From an uncultured Gammaproteobacteria bacterium (GTDB taxonomy: Bacteria > Patescibacteriota > Microgenomatia > UBA10105 > UBA927): 64,000 bases of DNA. The position numbers and the translations under genes are program-made. The notes beneath the pieces are model-generated. The model was not told where the DNA came from, searched no databases, and saw only the letters and a list, made by a program, of their open reading frames with translations. Positions 37,623 through 45,922 of the stretch are shown here, one piece after another; position 1 is the stretch's first letter, and each line of letters begins with the position of its first letter. Where the stretch lies: NCBI GenBank assembly GCA_964394685.1, contig CAYMYO010000002.1, forward strand, positions 34,148 through 98,147, written 5' to 3'.

Positions 37623-38570
37623 TTATTTCAGCATCTTTAATATTCCCCATCTTATGGAATCAGTAATACAGTAAATACGATATAAGAAAGGCTTGAGAAC
37701 AAGATCATAAGATCCGACAAATTCAATAAGTTTTGGAGAAAAGCCCGCTTTAAACCTGTGGAATCCATACCACGGATCTTTTGGGTCTGGTCCGCCAGCT
37801 GGCGGAGGACCAATTGCTCCCCACAGATCAAATGCTTGAAGTCCTTTGGACTTTCCCCATTTTATTAATTCCCATAGTAACAGGTTTGGCGCCATAACTT
37901 CACGATGTTCCCTTAAAGATGCTCCGTATGGATAGTACATAACACCTTCGTGAATAAATATAACCCATGCGGCAACTATTATATTGTTATATTTGGCTGT
38001 CCACAGAGTTGCAATTCCAGCCTTGTGCATAATGTTCCACATTGTTCGTGTGTATGTTTCGTTGTGTGCATAAAATCCTTGTCTGCTTGTTGTTTCGTAA
38101 GAAAGCTTCATATAGGTTTCAAATGCATTCTCGCTATTATCTTCTTGGATTTTTACATTATATTTTTGGGCTATTTTTATGTTGTATCTTGTTTTTGGAT
38201 GCATGGCTTTCAGAAGGTCTTCCTCAGATTTTGTCAGATCAATCACAAACGTATATTTGGTAAATAGAGGATGATGACTGGGGATAAAGTATTTTGTATT
38301 TTGTATTTTGTATTTTGTATTTTGTATGACATTTGGCTCTATTTGTATAAATATTGCATGTTTTTGTTTTCCTAATAGTATTAATTCTTCTATCATCTTT
38401 TTTGTTGGGTTGGGGCCTTTGGGAAAAAAGCCAATAGTGAATGGAGTGTAAGGGATGCGGTGAAAAGAAATATACCAAGCATAGAGCTTCACAACATCGA
38501 CTCCCATTGCTTTTCTAAATTCTGCCCACGCTTTTGTTTGAAGTGGATGAGTCATAGTGATATTATACAA
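37623..38570 (-). CDS. FemABX-family peptidyl/aminoacyl transferase, paralog 2, with in-frame heptamer-repeat and GC-palindrome insertions
   Basis: Fem-like core (YAWYISFH..., MAPNLLLWELIKWGKSKGLQAFDLWG, FKAGFSPK); KYKIQNTKYKIQNTKY is encoded by (GTATTTT)n and PPAGGPDP by CCGCCAGCTGGCGG. Confidence 0.6.
   Translation of the reverse strand: MYNITMTHPLQTKAWAEFRKAMGVDVVKLYAWYISFHRIPYTPFTIGFFPKGPNPTKKMIEELILLGKQKHAIFIQIEPNVIQNTKYKIQNTKYFIPSHHPLFTKYTFVIDLTKSEEDLLKAMHPKTRYNIKIAQKYNVKIQEDNSENAFETYMKLSYETTSRQGFYAHNETYTRTMWNIMHKAGIATLWTAKYNNIIVAAWVIFIHEGVMYYPYGASLREHREVMAPNLLLWELIKWGKSKGLQAFDLWGAIGPPPAGGPDPKDPWYGFHRFKAGFSPKLIEFVGSYDLVLKPFLYRIYCITDSIRWGILKMLK
37792..37805. repeat. GC palindrome type A (CCGCCAGCTGGCGG) inside fem paralog 2
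   Basis: Perfect 14-bp palindrome flanked by ggt...aggacc; translated as PPAGG. Confidence 0.5.
38289..38327. repeat. GTATTTT heptamer tandem repeat (5.5 units) inside fem paralog 2
   Basis: (gtatttt)x5 + gtat; a similar flank ggggataaag...gtatgac compares with ggggtaattg...gtataac at the tsaD copy. Confidence 0.6.
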
Positions 38571-38751
38571 CTAGTATGAAAAAACATACTTCTTCTTGGT
38601 TTCCCTTTCTCGATACGCGTATATTTCCTGGTATTATTTCTTTCAAATGTGTAAAAGGTCCATGTAGGTTTTTCTTACAGATGGAAATCATACTATCGCT
38701 TCTTGTTGTTATCGGAACATGTTTGTTAATTATTGTGAAGTATTTACCTCG

Positions 38752-40605
38752 TTAAAGGAGCATGTCGTCTTCATGAAATCCATGTGTTGCATCGATAGAA
38801 ACGTGTTTTTCAAGAATATGCTCCGGAATATCAGAAATAAATCGCGAGATCATGTTTTGTGTTCTTGTTCCGAAGAATAGTCTTCTGTTTGCATAGGTCA
38901 GATATAACCGTTCTTTTGCCCGTGTTATCCCTACATAACATAGTCTCCTCTCTTCCTCGAGTTCATCCCGGTCCATGAGCGCCCGCGCGTGGGGAAACAA
39001 TCCTTCTTCCATGCCAACAATATAGACAATCGGGAATTCCAACCCCTTCGCAGCATGCAATGTCATCATTGTAACAGCATTGCGTTGTCTATCATCCTTA
39101 ATTTTATTGCTATATTTCTCTTCAAGAAGCGCTACTGTTTCCAAAAACTCTGATAACACTGGATATTCAGTAGCAACGGACCTGAGTTCTTTAATGTTTT
39201 CAAGTCGTGTTGCTTCTTCTTCAACGTTGGCATCATAGAGCTCTAGATAGCAAGTTGTGTTGAGAACTTTATCCATAAGTTCAAGTGTGCTAAATGATAT
39301 GAGTTTTGCATCTGTTTTCACTGTTTGAGAAAACGTGACAAATTTTTTTAATCGTCCTAACCCAAGTTTTTCAATGCGTCTATAGGAAACAGTATCTTTT
39401 GGGTTAGCAAGAACCTTTAGATACGCAAGTACGTCTTTAATTTCTTTCCGGTCATAAAATCTAGTTCCTCCGACAAGAACATAAGGAACGCCAGCGCGTA
39501 AAAACGCTTCTTCAAGAACTCTTGATTGCGCATTCGTTCTGTAGAGAATTGCATGGTCGGTATATGGACGATTTGCCTGAAGAATTGTCGTAACAATAAA
39601 TGAAGCCTCGTCGTGTTCAGTTCTCGCTTCGTAGAGCACTACTTGATCACCACCGTGTTTATCAGTCCATAATGTTAATATTGGATGAGATGTATTTTTG
39701 GAAATAATGTTTGTAGCTGCATCCAAAATAGTTTGTGAAGACCGATAATTTTGTTCCAAGTGAAACTCCTTGATGTCTTTAAAATCGTGTTTGAAGTTCG
39801 TAATATTACGAAAATCTGCCCCCCGAAACCTGTAAATACTTTGTGATGCATCACCAACAACTGTAATGTTTTTATGACGTTTGGATAGCATCGTAGTAAG
39901 AGTGTATTGCGCGTGATTGGTATCTTGGTATTCATCAATAAGAATATACATATATTGTTCTTGATATACCCCAAGCACATCAGGATGTTTGGTAAATAAT
40001 TCAACAGTTTTTGAAAGTAAATCATCAAAATCAAGCGCATTATTTTCGATGAGTTTTTTTTGGTAAAGAAGATAGACACGAGCAACAGTTTCCTGAAAGT
40101 AGCCGCGAGCAAACTGGGGATATTCAAGGGGTCCTATCAACTCGTTTTTTGCTTCTGAGATAGTTGTCGCGATGGCGTGAGGTTTGAAGTCTTTTGTCGA
40201 TATATCTGCTTCTTTCATAACATCTTTTATTACATCGAGCTGATCTTGTTCGTCATAAATAGTAAAATTAATAGGAATGCCCATGTGTTTCCCGTCACGC
40301 CTCAAAATTTTTGCGCAAATTGAATGAAACGTACCCATCAAAGGGAAACCAATTGACAATTGACAGTTAACAAGTAACAGATTTTTGATCCGGTCTTTCA
40401 TTTCTCCTGCTGCTTTATTGGTAAAGGTGACCATGAGAATGCGGTCGGGGTCAACCTGTTTTTCAAATATAAGATAGGCTACTTTATAAGTGAGTACTCT
40501 GGTTTTTCCACTGCCGGCTCCTGCTAATATAAGCACCGGTCCGTCAGTAGCAATAACAGCTTTTTGTTGATCGCGGTTCAGTTCATTGAGGAGCGCGCTT
40601 GTCAT
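38752..40605 (-). CDS. pcrA: ATP-dependent DNA helicase PcrA/UvrD
   Basis: ILAGAGSGKTRVLT, TFTNKAAGEM, DEYQDTN, QNYRSS and VGITRAK motifs; start taken at MTSALLNELN. Confidence 0.8.
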   Translation of the reverse strand: MTSALLNELNRDQQKAVIATDGPVLILAGAGSGKTRVLTYKVAYLIFEKQVDPDRILMVTFTNKAAGEMKDRIKNLLLVNCQLSIGFPLMGTFHSICAKILRRDGKHMGIPINFTIYDEQDQLDVIKDVMKEADISTKDFKPHAIATTISEAKNELIGPLEYPQFARGYFQETVARVYLLYQKKLIENNALDFDDLLSKTVELFTKHPDVLGVYQEQYMYILIDEYQDTNHAQYTLTTMLSKRHKNITVVGDASQSIYRFRGADFRNITNFKHDFKDIKEFHLEQNYRSSQTILDAATNIISKNTSHPILTLWTDKHGGDQVVLYEARTEHDEASFIVTTILQANRPYTDHAILYRTNAQSRVLEEAFLRAGVPYVLVGGTRFYDRKEIKDVLAYLKVLANPKDTVSYRRIEKLGLGRLKKFVTFSQTVKTDAKLISFSTLELMDKVLNTTCYLELYDANVEEEATRLENIKELRSVATEYPVLSEFLETVALLEEKYSNKIKDDRQRNAVTMMTLHAAKGLEFPIVYIVGMEEGLFPHARALMDRDELEEERRLCYVGITRAKERLYLTYANRRLFFGTRTQNMISRFISDIPEHILEKHVSIDATHGFHEDDMLL

Positions 40606-40623
40606 AGAGTATAATCTTATCAT

Positions 40624-41685
40624 ATGAACCCGAAAAAATATTCACGGCTTCAGCTTGTTGTTATCATGATTCTTTTTTTTGTAAGCATTTTTTTGAGTAT
40701 CAAGACGTACCGATATATCCAAGCAGTTTCAACGCAAACAGGAATAACTCCACGTATACTCACTCAGCTTATTTTTGATGGAGCAGATTCTTTAAAATCT
40801 TCGGACGGTCGTATCAATATATTACTCCTTGGCATATCGGGAGGGACGCATGAGGGACCGGATTTGACGGATACAATGATCGTCGCTTCTGTTTCGAAAA
40901 AAAATCCTGCCTTGCCGGCAGGCAGGCCCTCAATATCTCTTCTTTCTATTCCTCGTGACATTTGGTCAGAAACATTGAAAGATAAGATTAACAGCGCATA
41001 TCACTATGGAGAAGAAAAAAGAAAAGGAGGAGGAAAAGTACTGGCGAAAGCAATTGTTGAAGATGTGACCGGACTTGTCATTCATTATGTCATTGTTGTC
41101 GATTTTTCTCGATTTGAGAATCTTATTGATATAGTAGGTGGAGTAGATATTGTTGTTCCAAAAGCATTTATCGACACCGAATATCCCATAGCAGGTAAAG
41201 AGAATGATGAATGCGGAGGGGACATCACTTTTGCATGTCGGTATGAAACAGTACAATTTCAAGCCGGATTCCAGCATATGAATGGAAGTATTGCGCTGAA
41301 ATACGTACGCAGCCGTCACGCAGAAGGGGATGAGGGAACAGATTTTGCACGAGGAAATCGTCAACAAGATGTCATCGTTGCTTTAAAAGAAAAGATTATG
41401 CGCAGTAAACCATGGCTTCATCCAAACACATCATTGAAACTACTACAAATTGCTGATATAGCAACAGATACTGATATGACCATTGGTGAGCAGCTCACTA
41501 TGGGAAAATATCTTCTCAAAGTAAAATCACCGGCAATTTCTAGAATTTCAATTGAACCGCTTCTTATGAACCCACCATCTTGGATGTATGGAAGATATGT
41601 GCTTGTTCCCGAAAAAGATTATGAAGCGATCCACGATTTTATAAAATTAAGCCTAACACAAGAAGAAGAACGCTTCCGACAGTAA
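40624..41685 (+). CDS. LytR-CpsA-Psr (LCP) family cell-envelope phosphotransferase
   Basis: N-terminal TM, then LLLGISGGTHEGPDLTDTMIV...SIPRDIW...LKYVRSRH are LCP signatures; contains the in-frame type B palindrome (PALPAGRP). Confidence 0.7.
   Translation: MNPKKYSRLQLVVIMILFFVSIFLSIKTYRYIQAVSTQTGITPRILTQLIFDGADSLKSSDGRINILLLGISGGTHEGPDLTDTMIVASVSKKNPALPAGRPSISLLSIPRDIWSETLKDKINSAYHYGEEKRKGGGKVLAKAIVEDVTGLVIHYVIVVDFSRFENLIDIVGGVDIVVPKAFIDTEYPIAGKENDECGGDITFACRYETVQFQAGFQHMNGSIALKYVRSRHAEGDEGTDFARGNRQQDVIVALKEKIMRSKPWLHPNTSLKLLQIADIATDTDMTIGEQLTMGKYLLKVKSPAISRISIEPLLMNPPSWMYGRYVLVPEKDYEAIHDFIKLSLTQEEERFRQ
40906..40926. repeat. GC-rich palindrome type B inside the lcp gene
   Basis: cctgccttgccggcaggcagg translated as PALPAGR. 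Confidence 0.5.
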
Positions 41686-42820
41686 TAATGATTGCTTTTA
41701 TGTCGAAAAATCCAGAAACTGGTACTTTTGGTGTAGGTCGTTGAGTCTCTGTTACAATAGGTGCTTCGGCAATGACCCGTTCACGAGGTGGTTGTTGCAC
41801 ATAGACAACGCGTTCCGTTGGCAGCGCAGTTGCCTCAGCAATCGGACATTCACAATTTGTTCGATCCGGACACGCAGCTTTTCTGCATCGTTTTACACCG
41901 AGTGATGTAACACACGAAAGGCCTGATTCACAATTGCTGTCAAAGTCACATGACGCGTCACATCTGCCCGGAGCACTTGTATTTACAATCGTTGGTGTTG
42001 CTGTTGGGGCTGATGTATTGGTCGGAGCAGGAGTATTGGTTGCGATTGGTACGGGAGTATTTGTATTACCAGGTTGATTTGTTGGTGTTAGGGTAGGTGT
42101 ATTTCCTCCCCCGCCGCCAGCTGGAGTTGGAATCGTAGCTGGACAGGTACCAGAAGTACTCCAAACACAATAATTTTCGTTTATAGTACAAGCATTTTGG
42201 CTTGCACCAGTGCATGTATTAATAGAGTAGGTGGTATTATATTTATGGCAACATTTTTTTGTACTGCTTACAGGAGCAGTCGTTGGCGTTGCTGTTGCTG
42301 TAGGACAAGCGTCTCTACAATCCTCCGGTGCAAAATTTTTGCAAATACAGTCGTTGTAACAATTTCCTGTATTACAACTTGGCGCTGCTGGACGAGGAGT
42401 AGGAGTATTTGTTACGGAAACAGATATTTTGCAACATTTTCTTGGCGTAGTACAATTTGTACATGAACCATTGGGTATAATCGTTCCACCGGCCTCAGTA
42501 CACTCTATTGCTGCAGGCACACAAAATATTTCTGACACTATAGCTGCTCTGCTTCTTAGCTCAGTAATTTGCTGGTATTTTTGAGAACCGTAATAAATTG
42601 CAACAGGAAGAGTTAGGATGAAAAACAAAAGCATGCCAATGAGCATGCCTTTTCCGCCTTTTTTCTTTGGTGGTTTTACTACCGGTGGGGGAGGTTCTTG
42701 TTTTTCTTCCTTCGGTGCAATAACGATTGTTTCCGGTTCAGTGGGCGGTAATGGAACCGCCTCTAATTTTTTTGAAGCTTCATCAACTATCTGCTGTGGA
42801 TTTGTTGGTTCGTCTGCCAT
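41639..42820 (-). CDS. Cys/Thr/Pro-rich cell-surface protein with N- and C-terminal TM segments
   Basis: 393 aa: cytoplasmic N-terminus, TM (MLIGMLLFFILTL), then about 40 Cys among T/P/N-rich low-complexity sequence with a GGGGG run, then a C-terminal TM; by eye GC content is higher than the local average; its 3' end overlaps the convergent lcp gene by about 47 nt. Confidence 0.5.
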   Translation of the reverse strand: MADEPTNPQQIVDEASKKLEAVPLPPTEPETIVIAPKEEKQEPPPPVVKPPKKKGGKGMLIGMLLFFILTLPVAIYYGSQKYQQITELRSRAAIVSEIFCVPAAIECTEAGGTIIPNGSCTNCTTPRKCCKISVSVTNTPTPRPAAPSCNTGNCYNDCICKNFAPEDCRDACPTATATPTTAPVSSTKKCCHKYNTTYSINTCTGASQNACTINENYCVWSTSGTCPATIPTPAGGGGGNTPTLTPTNQPGNTNTPVPIATNTPAPTNTSAPTATPTIVNTSAPGRCDASCDFDSNCESGLSCVTSLGVKRCRKAACPDRTNCECPIAEATALPTERVVYVQQPPRERVIAEAPIVTETQRPTPKVPVSGFFDIKAIIITVGSVLLLVLGLIL

Positions 42821-42829
42821 ATATCCAGA

Positions 42830-44164
42830 CTAGTGCATACGAGATGTAATAGTCAATGCCCCCCCACTAATAAATAATATACAACCAAGTAGTATTAACA
42901 TTAATGTTGGTACTATGGACCCACTCGTTGGTATCTCATCAGCGATTAATTCTCCTGTTGGAGTCGCTTCTCCGGAAGGCGTCGCAGTGGGAATCACTTC
43001 CGTTGTTGCTGATGGTGTTGCATCTCCAAGCACCTGAGATCCGCTTTTGAGAACTGTAAATGTATGTGTGATCGCAACAGGTTTACTTTTTGCGTCTTGC
43101 GTTGTTATCGTGACACTTTGTTTTCCTGGGGCGAGTGCTTGTTTTGGGGTATATCTCCAAACTCCATCTTTTCCAACAACTGTCGATCCAATCGCCGGCT
43201 CTGTAATTCCAATAGTAATAGTCACTGTTTTTCCGGGAATTCCAACGCCACTGATAAGAGGTTTTGTTGAACTAAGTGTTGCTCCTTGAATTGGAGCGGT
43301 GAGTGCAACTCCGCCAGTTAATTTATCAGATGTTACCCCTAAAACAACTTGTTTTGGTTTTGTTGTGGGCGCCACCTGTTTTTGTGCAAGTGCAGCAGGA
43401 GTGGTTTTCTTTGCGTCCCGTCCCCGGAAATCATATGTTTCTCCCAAAATAATATCAGGAACCGGTGCATCATTTAACGTATCAGTGGTTACCCGGGAAA
43501 CACTAGATCCAAGTTGGATAACAAGTGTTTCATTGGTGCGTTCTTGTGAAGTGATATACGCTGCGCCATCTTGAGTGCGAAGAAGTGACAATGGAATAAT
43601 CCACGATCCAGAAGTTCGGACAAGCGTTGATAGTGTTTGACTTCCTTCGAGACTTAAATATACGAGTGCCCCTTCAGCGGGAAGACTGCTTATCGTTTTA
43701 ACTGACCCAAACGCAGGATCAAGAAGTGGAGCGTCACTGGTTAAAGTTGGAAGAGTTGTAACAGAAAAACTTTTTTTGTCTTCTTTAGGATTTATAGGAT
43801 ACTTCTTTCCGTTAGAAAGTACAGTTGCATCATATGTCGTTGACGGAACAAGTGTTCTCACTGTTACTGAATGGGTAAGATATTTTCCCATTTTTCCCGT
43901 GATGTCCCGTTCATCAAAACTGGAATATTTTTTTCCACTAGCTGTTGTGACAAGAAGTGTGCCTGAGGTAAGTTCATCTGTTTGCCAGGTAAAGGTAAAT
44001 GATGTATCAGTGAGATTTGTTACCATGATACTTTTTGGTTCTATGGAAAGTGTTGCTTTTGTCTCTTGTCTTGTAATTCCTTCAAACAAAAATCCAATAC
44101 CACCCACAGTAATAAGAAGGAGCATGATTGCAAGAAGTGTTGGTATTCGTTTTGTTTTCTGCAT
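42830..44164 (-). CDS. membrane-anchored surface protein with fibronectin type III-like and Ig-like domains
   Basis: N-terminal TM, then LTDTSFTFTWQTDELTSGTLLV...TTYDATV (FN3-like), then beta-rich domains and a C-terminal TM. Confidence 0.5.
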   Translation of the reverse strand: MQKTKRIPTLLAIMLLLITVGGIGFLFEGITRQETKATLSIEPKSIMVTNLTDTSFTFTWQTDELTSGTLLVTTASGKKYSSFDERDITGKMGKYLTHSVTVRTLVPSTTYDATVLSNGKKYPINPKEDKKSFSVTTLPTLTSDAPLLDPAFGSVKTISSLPAEGALVYLSLEGSQTLSTLVRTSGSWIIPLSLLRTQDGAAYITSQERTNETLVIQLGSSVSRVTTDTLNDAPVPDIILGETYDFRGRDAKKTTPAALAQKQVAPTTKPKQVVLGVTSDKLTGGVALTAPIQGATLSSTKPLISGVGIPGKTVTITIGITEPAIGSTVVGKDGVWRYTPKQALAPGKQSVTITTQDAKSKPVAITHTFTVLKSGSQVLGDATPSATTEVIPTATPSGEATPTGELIADEIPTSGSIVPTLMLILLGCILFISGGALTITSRMH

Positions 44165-44168
44165 ACGT

Positions 44169-44369
44169 TTAGTAGCGTTTCTTATTTGTCAATATATCCA
44201 GTGTATCAGTATCAAGCTTCGGTGTTAAGGGTGTGATGAGTTGGTTCACCACAGCTGTATTTGTGGATGTTTTTGTTGTGCGTACAAGTTCAAAATAGAT
44301 CCACAATAACACCGTAATAAAGGTAAATATGGTAATCAGATAAAGATCCCGATCAGATTCTTGTTTCAT
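44169..44369 (-). CDS. small membrane protein in the pil operon
   Basis: 66 aa, single TM; lies between pilO and the FN3 protein gene. Confidence 0.4.
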   Translation of the reverse strand: MKQESDRDLYLITIFTFITVLLWIYFELVRTTKTSTNTAVVNQLITPLTPKLDTDTLDILTNKKRY

Positions 44370-44378
44370 ATGTTCGTC

Positions 44379-45023
44379 TTAATAACTTTGATAATACGCA
44401 GTTAATTTTAATTGTAACCGAATTTCATTTAGTCCTGCTTGTGGTAACCCACTTTTGCCTGGAGAAAATGAGATTGAGTCAATAGTAATAATGCGCTGCA
44501 TAGCTAACAGTCCACTCATAAAAGACGCAAGCACATTATATGGTCCATCAATAGATACATTGATTGGAATAGCGGTGTGTTTAACAATAGAAGATGGAAG
44601 AGCGGCACTCGGAGTAGCGACAAGGATAGGGACTGAAGCTATTTGAATACCGCTCAGTGACGCTTGTGACGTTTCGGCTAACTTTTTCAGCTGTCGCGCG
44701 ATATCAACTGCCTGAGGATTCATTGGTATGGTATAAGAGATGACTTCTAACTGAGGTTGAATATTCTCAAGTATTGCCTGTGCTTCTATAAGAGCATTAA
44801 TTTTTTCATCCATTTTTGTATTGACCTCTTTTTTATCTACAATTTCTCTCTGTAAATAGAGAATGGTTTGGATCGTAGGTTTAATTGCAAACCACCCAAA
44901 GAGAGCAACAGTTAAAAAGAAAAAGATAACAGTAGAATACCGTTTTGTTTTTGGTTTATTGAGTATTGGCTCAAGTGATCGGTAATATTTTCGATATTCC
45001 TGTGGTATAGAAAATTTATCCAT
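44379..45023 (-). CDS. pilO: type IV pilus assembly protein PilO
   Basis: N-terminal TM, coiled coil, C-terminal GPYNVLASFMSGLLAMQRIITIDSISF; located downstream of pilN. Confidence 0.55.
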   Translation of the reverse strand: MDKFSIPQEYRKYYRSLEPILNKPKTKRYSTVIFFFLTVALFGWFAIKPTIQTILYLQREIVDKKEVNTKMDEKINALIEAQAILENIQPQLEVISYTIPMNPQAVDIARQLKKLAETSQASLSGIQIASVPILVATPSAALPSSIVKHTAIPINVSIDGPYNVLASFMSGLLAMQRIITIDSISFSPGKSGLPQAGLNEIRLQLKLTAYYQSY

Positions 45024-45029
45024 ACGATA

Positions 45030-45584
45030 TTATTTTTTACCTGCCTGCGCAAGTTGCGCTGTGAGCGTGTACTGGATACCGGCAACTGTTTGTTTATCAA
45101 CAGTCCCGATTTCAATATTAGATAATTGTTTTGTTGCGCTTAAATTGATCAAAAATTGAGAAAAACTTTGGACGGTCAGTGATACAACTTGTGATGTAAT
45201 TTTACTATCATTAATTGATAGCGATTGAAAATATGTCCCCGAGGGAAGCAGCACATGCAATGTATTTATGGTGTTTGTTGGAATTTCCTGTTTCGCAAGA
45301 AGCGCTTTCATCTTGTTTAGAGAATCCTGTATTTGACGAAATTGAATTTCTAAATCCTGATTGGCGGCAATGATATCTTGTTTTTGTTGTATTTCATCTT
45401 TCAGATCTGTTAATTGACGATCTAAGCTAAACCTGGAAAGGAACGCGACAAGAACAATCATTTCTGTTGTCACCATAATATATCTGCCATACGTGGTAGC
45501 CCAGCCAATGAAGCGACCGAGTGGAGAATGTTCTTGTTGCTCAAGACCCAAGAGATTGATTGATATTTTTGGTGCGGCAGGCAT
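45030..45584 (-). CDS. pilN: type IV pilus assembly protein PilN
   Basis: N-terminal INLL motif (KISINLLG), single TM, coiled coil. Confidence 0.6.
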   Translation of the reverse strand: MPAAPKISINLLGLEQQEHSPLGRFIGWATTYGRYIMVTTEMIVLVAFLSRFSLDRQLTDLKDEIQQKQDIIAANQDLEIQFRQIQDSLNKMKALLAKQEIPTNTINTLHVLLPSGTYFQSLSINDSKITSQVVSLTVQSFSQFLINLSATKQLSNIEIGTVDKQTVAGIQYTLTAQLAQAGKK

Positions 45585-45617
45585 ACCTCCATAATATCAT
45601 AGTTATGGAGTAAAGAA

Positions 45618-45857
45618 TTATTTCTTAATAAGAAGTTTTGAGAGGCGGGATTTGAGTCGTGAAGCCTTATTTTTGTGGATCACATGAAGTTTTACTGCTT
45701 TATCCAAGAGAGAAAACACAGCTCGCAATTGTTTTTTTGTCGGAGTTTTTCTCATGGATTTCACTCCATCACGAAGGTGCGCACGGTGAGCCGCGTTAAT
45801 TACTTGTTGTTTCCGGTCCCGTCTTAATTTTTTTTCTGCTTGTGCTGTAACTGGCAT
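45618..45857 (-). CDS. rpsT: 30S ribosomal protein S20
   Basis: AEKKLRRDRKQQVINAAHRAHLRDGVK...LHVIHKNKASRLKSRL is the S20 signature. Confidence 0.8.
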   Translation of the reverse strand: MPVTAQAEKKLRRDRKQQVINAAHRAHLRDGVKSMRKTPTKKQLRAVFSLLDKAVKLHVIHKNKASRLKSRLSKLLIKK

Positions 45858-45922
45858 AGGGCAAAGTATACCTGATTAGGGTATAGCTGGTCAAGGTGAG
45901 ATTGCGTTATAATAGGGTCGTA

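Noticed and set aside
38571-38751. Possible small RNA or terminator in the 181-bp gap between pcrA and fem paralog 2
   Set aside because: Only a short hairpin (agtatgaaaaaacatact) without a U-tract in the right orientation. Insufficient evidence for an RNA gene.
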